A stretch of 24,000 bases of DNA from Desulfobacterales bacterium (GTDB lineage: Bacteria > Desulfobacterota > Desulfobacteria > Desulfobacterales > JAHEIW01). The DNA is taken from assembly GCA_030601425.1 (NCBI GenBank), contig JAUVTR010000004.1:1888-25887 (forward strand), written 5' to 3'. Each line of letters begins with the position of its first letter. Position 1 is the stretch's first letter. The notes under the pieces were generated by a model. The model saw nothing but the letters and a program-made list of their open reading frames with translations. It searched no databases and was not told where the DNA came from. A program made the translations under genes and the position numbers. Shown piece after piece: positions 14,191-22,446 of this stretch.

Positions 14191-14586
14191 CTAACCGATC
14201 AGGGTGGTGGTCATTTTTAGCAATTCTTCTGCCTCCGGCGGTTTTTCAATATAGGCATCAGGATCCGGAATGGGATCCTTCAGTCGCGCGTTGACCATAT
14301 TTAAATAATGCGAAAAAGTTTTTTTAGCGATGGCGGATAGCATGATCACCGGTATGTCACACAGGGATTGATCGGTTTTGAGCTGTCGGTACATCTCAAC
14401 ACCGCCTTCACCGGGCATCATCACATCTAAAATGATCAGATCGGGAAAAACATCCCTGGCTTTGAGCAGGCCTTCTTTTCCATCCCTCGTTATAACCGGT
14501 TGATATCCGCTGGTTTCAAGCAGGGTGGATATGAAGATTCTCATATCCAATTCATCTTCGACGATAAGAACCGTTTTCTTTTTCAT
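14191..14586 (-). CDS. Stand-alone response-regulator receiver with an extended alpha4-beta5 region
   Basis: 131 aa with IVEDE, LIILDVMMPG, VIMLSA and YIEKPP motifs. No output domain. It is a paralog of the 21704-22111 product; both share the ...KKTF.H......P.P(D/E)AY(I/M)EKPP(E/D)A.EL tail. Confidence 0.85.
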   Translation of the reverse strand: MKKKTVLIVEDELDMRIFISTLLETSGYQPVITRDGKEGLLKARDVFPDLIILDVMMPGEGGVEMYRQLKTDQSLCDIPVIMLSAIAKKTFSHYLNMVNARLKDPIPDPDAYIEKPPEAEELLKMTTTLIG

Positions 14587-14630
14587 GTAAAAGCTCCATC
14601 CCTTACAACTGCCGGTGCTACCATTGAAGA

Positions 14631-15554
14631 TTACAGATGAGCGACTTTGTCAGGATGATTGACGCTCGCCACCGGGCAGGCGGATCGCAGAACAACCTGC
14701 TCAACCGTGCCTCCAAGTACCGCTTTCTCAGGATCGACTTCCCGGGCATGGTGGGCCATAACAATGAGATCGCCCGTCTTTTCGCGGGCAAATTTTAATA
14801 TTTCAACATAAGGAATCCCTTCGCGGACTTCGATTTCATAATTGTCATAGCCATCCATCTGGGCGATATAACGCTTTTCAATTTTTTCTTTCGCTTTTGC
14901 GATCTGATTTTCGATCTCCGATTGTTCCACAATTTCGCCGGCAGCGGTGGTGTTGATATCGCAGGCATGGAAAAGGTGCAGTTTAGCACCCACTTCTTTG
15001 GCTAATCCGTAAGCCCACTTATAGGCGTAATCGGCGGCCTTGGAAAAATCGGTTCCGAAGACAATATTGGAAAACAACTTCCAGCAGGTGGTACACGGTC
15101 GGCTGATGATCACCACAGGGCAGCGCGCGGATTTTGCGACCTTTTGCATCGTACTTCCGACGATGCTGCGGTAACGCGTAGCGCCGATATCCTCCTGCCG
15201 GGTGTGCGATCCCATAATGATAAGATCCATGTCTTCTTTGCGCGCCTTTCTTAAAATCTCTCGATAGGGAACGCCGACGGCCGCTTCGATCACGGCATTG
15301 TCACTGTCGGCCAGCAACGTATCGTAAGTATTTTTCATTTCTTCTTCGACCCACTCGATATAGTCCGGGTCCGGTTCCATGATCTCACCCGTTCTGACGT
15401 CGGTAACAAATGGACTATAACCGCGACTCGGGATTCCCAATACGTGAAAGACATAAAGCTTGGCGTCCCATTTTAATTCCAGATCGAAGGCCACTTTGGC
15501 GGCATTATCGCAGGTGGGCGAAGCCGTTGTGGCAAAAAGGATTTTTTTAAACAT
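14631..15554 (-). CDS. Tandem universal stress protein (two UspA domains)
   Basis: 307 aa. Two Usp-like halves start at MFKKILFATT and at FSNIVFGTDFS. The first half has the GSH...VGST...CPVVII ATP-binding-type motif. The second has GGTVEQVVLRSACPV. Confidence 0.82.
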   Translation of the reverse strand: MFKKILFATTASPTCDNAAKVAFDLELKWDAKLYVFHVLGIPSRGYSPFVTDVRTGEIMEPDPDYIEWVEEEMKNTYDTLLADSDNAVIEAAVGVPYREILRKARKEDMDLIIMGSHTRQEDIGATRYRSIVGSTMQKVAKSARCPVVIISRPCTTCWKLFSNIVFGTDFSKAADYAYKWAYGLAKEVGAKLHLFHACDINTTAAGEIVEQSEIENQIAKAKEKIEKRYIAQMDGYDNYEIEVREGIPYVEILKFAREKTGDLIVMAHHAREVDPEKAVLGGTVEQVVLRSACPVASVNHPDKVAHL

Positions 15555-15557
15555 AGC

Positions 15558-16091
15558 CTACCTCCTTAGCTCGCATTGTTCTGGGGTAGCGTGAAAGCCG
15601 AGTTGCCACGCAATCCCGTCAATGAACTCAAATAGAGTGTATACCGTATCAAATTCGAAGATGTCGACTCGGTCCCCGAAAACGATGTGTTTCAGCCTTC
15701 CGAGCTTGAGCGGTATATCCAGCAGACTGTCGAGTTGCATGGATTTAATCTCAGAGGTCTCGCTTGCGTGGACGCCAAAAAGGGAGTTATATATCTCCAG
15801 GCGCTTATCCGGAACGCCGATCATTTCAACCGATTTGCTGAATTCAAGGTAATCGAGCAAACCGGCATTACATCCCTGTTCCGGACAGCTATGGTACAGC
15901 TCGGTAAAGGTGGAGAAAAAAGCATTCAGTTTTACAAAAAGTTTATATTTATCAATCATCTTAAAGAAACTTCTCAAGGTGTATGCTTCTTCAAGCGCTA
16001 TCTGGAAGCTGAGTAAATCAAGCGCGTCAGATCCCACTGCTTTTCCGTCGCGATAAATGGAGCCATCCTTTTTTAGTGTGACGGTGTTCAT
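15558..16091 (-). CDS. Hypothetical protein (no recognisable domain), first gene downstream of the sigma-54 promoter
   Basis: 177-aa ORF ending 3 nt before the usp start. No TM segment, signal peptide or motif that I can recognise. Confidence 0.6.
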   Translation of the reverse strand: MNTVTLKKDGSIYRDGKAVGSDALDLLSFQIALEEAYTLRSFFKMIDKYKLFVKLNAFFSTFTELYHSCPEQGCNAGLLDYLEFSKSVEMIGVPDKRLEIYNSLFGVHASETSEIKSMQLDSLLDIPLKLGRLKHIVFGDRVDIFEFDTVYTLFEFIDGIAWQLGFHATPEQCELRR

Positions 16092-16170
16092 GGCGGTCTT
16101 TCGTTTACAAAAACGATAGGTTTATTGTTTGCAATATGATCGGTTTTGTTCGCTGGCTACCCACACGTAG

Positions 16171-16187
16171 AGCATCAAACGTGCCAA
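16171..16187 (-). promoter_or_regulatory. Sigma-54 (-24/-12) promoter
   Basis: The minus strand reads TTGGCACGTTTGATGCT, i.e. TGGCAC-N5-ATGC. GG and GC are at the canonical spacing, with one mismatch to TGGCAC-N5-TTGC. It lies about 80 nt upstream of the ATG at 16091 and directly downstream of a sigma-54 activator gene. Confidence 0.62.
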
Positions 16188-16283
16188 AACGTATTTTTAT
16201 GGACATAACTATAAAAATTAATAATAATTTAAATTAGTTAAAATAGATTAAACGCGATGTTTAGAATTCATGGGAGGACGTTA

Positions 16284-16303
16284 TTGTTGCATATATGCAA
16301 CAA
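16284..16303. promoter_or_regulatory. Perfect 20-bp palindrome, candidate enhancer (UAS) for the sigma-54 activator
   Basis: TTGTTGCATATATGCAACAA equals its own reverse complement. Its centre is about 115 bp upstream of the -24/-12 element. An AT-rich tract (16195-16255) lies between them. Confidence 0.5.
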
Positions 16304-16431
16304 CAGGTGCTCAAGCGAGGTCGGCTAACTGGATTGAACAGGGGTGTAATTTTTATTAATATTGTTTTTATTATTTATAATTACAATAACTTAAAATTAA
16401 AATTCCAAACTGGGAAGTGATAAAACCCGCC

Positions 16432-16490
16432 TTGCAACGAATTGCAACATAGAATGCATCATATTGCATCATTTTTATCATTCATTTGCA
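16432..16490. promoter_or_regulatory. Phased array of TGCA-core boxes
   Basis: TTGCAAC occurs at 16432 and 16442, TGCATCAT at 16455 and 16465, and TTGCA at 16486. Spacings are about 10-12 bp or a multiple. TGCAAC is the half-site of the 16284-16303 palindrome. Confidence 0.4.
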
Positions 16491-16546
16491 TTTCGTATGG
16501 GATCGACTTTTTAACTTTTGGTGGGTCTCGTCACAGGGATTTGAAA

Positions 16547-18271
16547 TTAATAGGAAATATTGTATTTTTTCATTTTGCGCCACAGGGTGGTGCGGTTGAT
16601 ATCAAGAGCAGCAGCGGTTTTGCCTTTATTCCAGTTAAATTTTTGCAACCTATCTAAAATGATGGTTTTCTCGCTAAATTCAATTTCTTTGTCAAACGGT
16701 CTTTTTTCTTCTGTTGGCAGCGGAACTGGCATACCGCCCTGAAGCGAAAGGGGCAGATGGTTTCGTTCAATGATTTTATCCTGACAGACAATCAGGGCGT
16801 GCTCGATAATGTTTTGAAGTTCTCTGACGTTTCCGGGATAATCGTAATTTAAAAGCACTTCCATGGCATTGTTTGAAAACTTTTCAACCATCGTATCCCG
16901 GGTGGCGCACAGCCGCTTTAAAATATGGGAGATTAAAAGTGGAATATCACCCCTTCTATCCTTCAAGGGGGGCAAGTCCAGACGCATCACATTGAGCCGA
17001 TAAAATAAATCTTCCCGAAAACGTTTCTCGCTAACCAATCGCTCCAGATTCTGGTTGGTGGCTGAAATGATACGCACATCCACCTGAGTGGTTTTTCTGC
17101 TGCCCAAAGGATAAAACTCTTTATCTTCCAATACCCGCAATAGCTTGGCCTGCAGCGATAACGGCAGGTCTCCGATTTCATCCAGAAAGATGGTCCCCCC
17201 ATCAGCTTCCTGAAATCTCCCCGGTTTATCTGTTTCCGCTCCGGTAAAGGCGCCCTTAACATAACCGAACATCTCTGATTCAAGAAGATTATCGGGCAAT
17301 GCCGCGCAGTTCACTTTGACCAGCGGTTTTTTTGAACGCTGACCGGCGTTGTGAATCACTTTTACCAAGACATCTTTTCCGGTTCCGGTGGGACCTTCGA
17401 TCAGGATGGTGGCATCGCTTGAAGCCACAACGGGCACAATTTCAAAAATTTTTACAATGGCCGGATCCTTGCCCACCATATCATAAAATGTATAGCGGCC
17501 CTTTATTTCACTGTTAAATTGATACTTCAACGATAGATCAGCAATAGTTGCCAGACCGCCGACAATACGCCCATCTTCATTTTTAAGTGCCATGTAATTG
17601 GCTCGCATCGGAATGACCTGACCTTCACGGGTCTTGATCTCCCCTTCGGTGCTCGAACGCGCCTGTCCATCGGCAATCGTTTCATTAAACAGCAACATGT
17701 CGTGACTGGACGCATTGCCAAATATCATGCTGCAGGATTTTCCAAGGACATCTCCTCGATTAAACCCGGTGATGGTTTCAACTCTGTTGTTAAAAAAGGT
17801 GATATGCCCGCCGCGATCAACGGTCAGCACGCCGATGTCAAGGTTATCCAGGATGATTTTTAAGCGCCGGTCATCATGCCTGACGCGTTCAAGAAGATCT
17901 TTGAAGACCGAATGGTCCTGAAAAACCTCGATACAGCCCAATGGCGTTTTGTCCGGTCCATAGATGGGCGACACGATCCGGGTGATACTGTGTTTTTCAT
18001 CACTTTGATCGCTGATCTCGAAACCCTCACTACCGGCTTGCCGACCGCTTTCGACTGCCGTTAGGTACTGACATTCCCCGCCGCACAGGGGGTCAAGCAA
18101 TATATGCTGGCAGTATTTCCCACGCAGATCCGATTCATTGTAACCCGTGATTATTTCGGCTGAGTGATTCAACGAGATAATTTTGCGATCCGACCCCACG
18201 ATCATCACGCCCATCGAAAAGGTGTCAAAAATGTCGCCGAGCTGGCGGTATTTTAAAAGGATGTCATCCAT
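16547..18271 (-). CDS. Sigma-54-dependent transcriptional activator, PAS-PAS-AAA+-HTH (no receiver domain)
   Basis: 574 aa. Walker A is GPTGTGKD. The GAFTGA motif (GYVKGAFTGA), FLDEIGD, an R-finger region and a C-terminal Fis-type HTH (AAALDINRTTLWRKMKKYNI) are present. The N-terminus holds two PAS-like modules. Its ATG overlaps the upstream gene's end by 8 nt. Confidence 0.9.
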   Translation of the reverse strand: MDDILLKYRQLGDIFDTFSMGVMIVGSDRKIISLNHSAEIITGYNESDLRGKYCQHILLDPLCGGECQYLTAVESGRQAGSEGFEISDQSDEKHSITRIVSPIYGPDKTPLGCIEVFQDHSVFKDLLERVRHDDRRLKIILDNLDIGVLTVDRGGHITFFNNRVETITGFNRGDVLGKSCSMIFGNASSHDMLLFNETIADGQARSSTEGEIKTREGQVIPMRANYMALKNEDGRIVGGLATIADLSLKYQFNSEIKGRYTFYDMVGKDPAIVKIFEIVPVVASSDATILIEGPTGTGKDVLVKVIHNAGQRSKKPLVKVNCAALPDNLLESEMFGYVKGAFTGAETDKPGRFQEADGGTIFLDEIGDLPLSLQAKLLRVLEDKEFYPLGSRKTTQVDVRIISATNQNLERLVSEKRFREDLFYRLNVMRLDLPPLKDRRGDIPLLISHILKRLCATRDTMVEKFSNNAMEVLLNYDYPGNVRELQNIIEHALIVCQDKIIERNHLPLSLQGGMPVPLPTEEKRPFDKEIEFSEKTIILDRLQKFNWNKGKTAAALDINRTTLWRKMKKYNISY

Positions 18272-19403
18272 TTGGTTTTTTAGGGAGCTTGATGAAAAAT
18301 TTGGAACCGGCTCCTTCTTGAGATTCGACCTCGATTACACCGTTATGTTCATCGATTATTTTCTTAGTGATCATCAGCCCAATGCCGGTACCTTCAGAAC
18401 CTTTGGTCGAAAAAAAACGTTTAAAAATATTCCTTTTTATTTCAGCGTTCATCCCGCAGCCATTGTCAAGCACCTGGTATTCAACCCCCCAGCCACGCGT
18501 TTTTTTTATACGAACCGTCACCATTTTGTCCTGGGTACCGGAGTCATCTTTGATGCAGGCATCAATGGCATTGGTCACCAGATTCAGCAGGCAGCGACAA
18601 ATGAGATCTGAATCAAAATGACTGGTGTTCAGGTTTGGGGAAAAATCGCTGACAAGATCGATTCCGAGTTCCTGCGCCCGCGGGCGCATGAGATCAATGA
18701 CTTCCTGCGCCGGTTCGTAAGGATCACAGGCCTGGACATTCAAATCGGTGGCTTTAGCATAATTGAGCAGATCCAAAGACAGGTTGGTAATCTTATCGAC
18801 ATTGCCCTTGATCATCTCCCAGCCCTGCAGCAGATATTTCTGATCGCTAAGTTCGATGCCTTTTTCCAGTACGAAGGCGCCGCCTTTAAGGCCGCCGGTA
18901 ATGTTCTTAATGGCGTGTGAGAGTCCCGCCACCGTCTGCCCAACTGCCGCCAGCCGCTCGGCCTCAATCAGTTTTTGGGTCTTATCCCGCACGAGCTGTT
19001 CAAGGTTCTGGGTGTATTCATTGAGTTTTTGGCGCATGGCAATTCGTTCCTGCGCCCGATTCAAGGCGATTTCAAGGATCTCATCGTTGATAGGCTTGGT
19101 CACAAAATCAGTGGCTTCATATTTAACACTTTTGATGGCCAGATCCATATCGCCGTGACCGGTAATCATGATGACCTCCGTATCCGGGCTCTCTTCTTTT
19201 AGGCGGCGCAGCAGCTCGATGCCGTCCATCTCGGGCATTTTGATATCGGTCAGCACAATTGGCGGCCGAGCATCTTTGAATATGCGCAGGGCCTCCACAC
19301 CGTTTTCGGCCGTGCGCACATGGTAGCCCATATCAGATAGCGCAATGCTGAGTACCTTGCGGATACCTTCTTCGTCATCAACGAGTAAGATCGATTTTTC
19401 CAT
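18264..19403 (-). CDS. Hybrid REC-histidine kinase (REC - DHp - HATPase_c)
   Basis: 379 aa. The receiver is about three-quarters identical by eye to that of the 7037-8995 product. H-box is AGLSHAIKNITGGLKGG. Kinase boxes are LVTNAIDA, VLDNGCGM and GTGIGL. The start overlaps the stop of the upstream kinase gene as TGATG at 19401-19405. Confidence 0.88.
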   Translation of the reverse strand: MEKSILLVDDEEGIRKVLSIALSDMGYHVRTAENGVEALRIFKDARPPIVLTDIKMPEMDGIELLRRLKEESPDTEVIMITGHGDMDLAIKSVKYEATDFVTKPINDEILEIALNRAQERIAMRQKLNEYTQNLEQLVRDKTQKLIEAERLAAVGQTVAGLSHAIKNITGGLKGGAFVLEKGIELSDQKYLLQGWEMIKGNVDKITNLSLDLLNYAKATDLNVQACDPYEPAQEVIDLMRPRAQELGIDLVSDFSPNLNTSHFDSDLICRCLLNLVTNAIDACIKDDSGTQDKMVTVRIKKTRGWGVEYQVLDNGCGMNAEIKRNIFKRFFSTKGSEGTGIGLMITKKIIDEHNGVIEVESQEGAGSKFFIKLPKKPNG

Positions 19404-21679
19404 CAGTTTTCAGTCGCAATTGGAAATTTAATGATAAACCCGGCCCCTTGTCCTTTGCGGGAGACCGCCTGAATGCTGCCTTTACATTCCTGGATAATTC
19501 CGTAGCTGATGGAAAGACCCAGGCCGGTACCCTGCCCTACTTTTTTGGTGGTAAAAAAGGGCTCAAATATCCGCTCCAAAAGTGAATCCGGAATCCCCAC
19601 TCCCGTATCGCTAATCTCAACGGTAATCTCTTCTGCGTTGGATTTCGTTTTCAAAAATATTTTTTTATCGCCTTTTTGATGGGGCTGGGATTGCCATTTT
19701 TCATCAATGGCATCCCGCGCATTGATCAGCAGATTGATAAAAACCTGCTCCAGAGAGTCAGGATCTGCCAAGATCAAAGGAGGATCCAGCTCAAGCCCCC
19801 AGACCACCTCAATTCCCCGAACTTTTAACTGCTGACCTAAAATTTCAAAGGCTTTTTTGAGCACCCGGTTTACCTGGACCTTTTCCAGGGTGATATCCGA
19901 CTTTCTGCCAAATTCGCGCATATGGTTGATGATCTTGGTGGCACGGTCCACATGTGAATCGATCTCTTCTGACATGGTAAAAAGGATATCATCATCGATC
20001 TTCTCATTTTTATTAATTTTTTTCATAAAGAATCGACTCGCCGTTTTGATGACCGCAAGGGGTTGATTGAGCTCATGCGCGACGCCGGTCGCCATTTCGC
20101 CCAAGGTGGCCATTTTGCTGGCCTGTAGAAGTTGCTGTTCGGTTTCGAGCCGCTGGGTAATATCGCTGGTCGTCACCAGAAGTACTTTCCTGCCTGGATA
20201 ATCAGAGGGTGATACCCGGATGTTGACAAAAAGGGTGCCACCATACTTATTTAAATGCTTGGCCCGGTTGATAATGCTGGAGGTTTTGATTAATTTCGCA
20301 TAGTGATCTTTTTCTTCTTCTTTGAAAAGCTGCAAAAAGGATCTTTCAATCATCTCATCTTTCTTATACCCATAAACCACTTCAACGCTGGCGTTGCAGT
20401 CGAGTATCTCAAGGGTATCCATATCCAAAACAAAAACGGGATTGGGTATGTGATCAAATATGGCGTAGTATTTTTTCTCGGATTTTTTGAGTTCTTCCTC
20501 GAGTAATTTTGTTTGCGTCACATCGAGATTCATCTCCATGGCGGCCACAATTTCGCCCTTTTCGTTTTTGATCGGAGAGGTGGTGACAATCCAGTGGGTG
20601 GGGGTCCCATCCTTGTTAAATCCTCTTTCCTCACTGAAATGCGATAACCCGTCTTCAAATGTTTTTTCAACCGGACAGACGACACATTTTTCCTTACGCC
20701 CTTTATAGGCGGCGAAACAGTAATCGCCGGGCTCGGGTTTGAATTTTTCGTAAAATCCCCGATTGTACCGTATCAGTTTGTAGTTACGATCCTGCACAGT
20801 GATAATACAGGGAACCCGTTCAAACAAATTCTGGTATTCATTGCGCTGCCTGTTTAGTTCAGCCTGTTTCTGCCCGATTTTTTTGCTCATCTGGTCAATC
20901 GCAACCGACAGCTGGCCCATTTCGTCAACCTGATCCACATCAATGTGATTTAAATAGTCGCCGTTGGCGATTAGGTGGGTCCCATTGATTATTTTCTTTA
21001 TGGGACGCTTCACAAATCGCAAAACGAAAAAAAAGATCGCCGCCGAAATGACGAGAAATAAGAACAACACAAAGGCCAGCAGCCAATATTTAAAAAAAAG
21101 GAGTTCTTTATCGGTTTCTGCCAGCGATATCACCAGGTCCAGGGCCCCTAAAACCTTCTGGCCCTCCGGGTGGGCGTGACAGGCATTTGATGAACACCCC
21201 GGCTCACTATAAATTGGACTGATGATGCCCAGACGTCGATGGCCCTGCGGGGAGGTAAAAATGCGCGTTCTTTCCGACAGGTTCAGCTCAGACAGGGGTG
21301 GTTCTGACCGGTGACAGATGTAACAGGCCTCGGCCTTTATATTGGTTACCTGATCCACTTCCGAATCGTTGTTTGAAAATTTTATCTGCGCGTGTTTGTT
21401 GTAAATACGTATGTTTTCAAGATTCTTTTCTGTAGCAATATTTTTAATGATCCGGGTAATATCATCTCTTAAATTGTTCATCATGGCATAATGCGTGCCA
21501 AGCTTGATTGTGTGCGATAAGCCATCGGTCCCTTCGATAATGCCTTCCATTATTTTTTTTTGCTGATAATCAATATTAAAATAAGCCCATACCGATAGGC
21601 TGATCAGCAAAATGAGGCCGACCAGAATCGTCAGTTTTGATATGATGCTTCTACGAATCTGATGAAAAAGTTTGAACAT
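19403..21679 (-). CDS. Membrane sensor histidine kinase: TM - periplasmic domain with CxxCH/Cx4CH - TM - HAMP - PAS - PAS - HisKA - HATPase_c
   Basis: 758 aa with TM helices at about aa 16-34 and 196-221. The periplasmic segment contains CYICH (21311-21325) and CSSNACH (21176-21196). H-box is [10 protein letters not shown]. Kinase boxes are [16 protein letters not shown] and GTGLGL. Confidence 0.88.
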   Translation of the reverse strand: MFKLFHQIRRSIISKLTILVGLILLISLSVWAYFNIDYQQKKIMEGIIEGTDGLSHTIKLGTHYAMMNNLRDDITRIIKNIATEKNLENIRIYNKHAQIKFSNNDSEVDQVTNIKAEACYICHRSEPPLSELNLSERTRIFTSPQGHRRLGIISPIYSEPGCSSNACHAHPEGQKVLGALDLVISLAETDKELLFFKYWLLAFVLFLFLVISAAIFFFVLRFVKRPIKKIINGTHLIANGDYLNHIDVDQVDEMGQLSVAIDQMSKKIGQKQAELNRQRNEYQNLFERVPCIITVQDRNYKLIRYNRGFYEKFKPEPGDYCFAAYKGRKEKCVVCPVEKTFEDGLSHFSEERGFNKDGTPTHWIVTTSPIKNEKGEIVAAMEMNLDVTQTKLLEEELKKSEKKYYAIFDHIPNPVFVLDMDTLEILDCNASVEVVYGYKKDEMIERSFLQLFKEEEKDHYAKLIKTSSIINRAKHLNKYGGTLFVNIRVSPSDYPGRKVLLVTTSDITQRLETEQQLLQASKMATLGEMATGVAHELNQPLAVIKTASRFFMKKINKNEKIDDDILFTMSEEIDSHVDRATKIINHMREFGRKSDITLEKVQVNRVLKKAFEILGQQLKVRGIEVVWGLELDPPLILADPDSLEQVFINLLINARDAIDEKWQSQPHQKGDKKIFLKTKSNAEEITVEISDTGVGIPDSLLERIFEPFFTTKKVGQGTGLGLSISYGIIQECKGSIQAVSRKGQGAGFIIKFPIATEN

Positions 21680-21703
21680 TTTGACGTTGGCCTTCTTATA
21701 AAA

Positions 21704-22111
21704 TTATGATTCGGCCGGTAAAAACCTGGTAATCAGCCGACTGAGTTCGCCGGCGTCCGGCGGTTTTTCCATGTAGGCTTCCGGCTCAGGTACCCCTGAA
21801 CCCTGCCGGGGACTTAACATTCTGATAGAATGCAAAAAGGTTTTTCTGGCCATGGCAGACAGTATGATTATCGGAATATGAGAAAGCTTTGGATTGGTTT
21901 TAAATTGCTGGTAGGTTTGAATTCCATCGTCAATCCTGGGCATCATGACATCCAGAATAACAAGTGCCGGTGGATTGGAGCTCGCCTTTTCCAAAGCTTG
22001 CGCCCCGTCATTGGCGGCAATGGCTTCAAAGCCAAGAGTTTCAACCACTGTGGAGACAAAAATGCGTATGTCGCGTTCGTCATCCACCACCAGGATTTTT
22101 AGTATTCCCAT
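21704..22111 (-). CDS. Stand-alone response-regulator receiver, paralog of 14191-14586
   Basis: 135 aa with VVDDE, LVILDVMMP, IIILSA and YMEKPP motifs. It has the same inserted segment and tail (PEPEAYMEKPPDAGEL) as the 131-aa receiver. Confidence 0.85.
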   Translation of the reverse strand: MGILKILVVDDERDIRIFVSTVVETLGFEAIAANDGAQALEKASSNPPALVILDVMMPRIDDGIQTYQQFKTNPKLSHIPIIILSAMARKTFLHSIRMLSPRQGSGVPEPEAYMEKPPDAGELSRLITRFLPAES

Positions 22112-22149
22112 CTTTAGCTTCCATGTTCCGCTTATGAAAAAACTTTTTT

Positions 22150-22226
22150 ATCACGAAAGCACGAAAGGAAGAAAACGCGAAAGAAAAGAAAAATTTCGTG
22201 CTTTCCAAATTTCGTGTTTTCGTGAT
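22150..22226. repeat. Hairpin with arms built from CACGAAAG 8-mers
   Basis: ATCACGAAAGCACGAAA (22150-22166) pairs with TTTCGTGTTTTCGTGAT (22210-22226), complementary at 16 of 17 positions. An extra TTTCGTGCTTTCC copy lies at 22194-22206. A small CCCGAT-AA-ATCGGG hairpin follows at 22243-22256. Confidence 0.6.
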
Positions 22227-22383
22227 TAATCATTTTGGGTTCCCCGATAAATCGGGATTTACGCTTCGCTCCAACCGGCTTGTCCGGGTTAGGGTTTTAG
22301 CCCATCAATAACAAAACGATTCGGTCATTGCGGATCCCCAAGGTTGGCGGATTAATTTTGAACCAATTTCATTAAATCTGCAA

Positions 22384-22427
22384 GTGGAAAAGAAAAAGGG
22401 AACCCGCTGGCAGCTGATTCCCTTTTT
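22384..22427 (-). terminator. Intrinsic terminator after the octaheme cytochrome gene
   Basis: Perfect 10-bp stem, AAAAAGGGAA (22393-22402) against TTCCCTTTTT (22418-22427), with a 15-nt loop. On the minus strand the 3' arm runs into TTTTTCTTTTCC. It starts about 20 nt after the stop at 22447. Confidence 0.6.
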
Positions 22428-22446
22428 GGCTTTATGTTGCGCTGAA

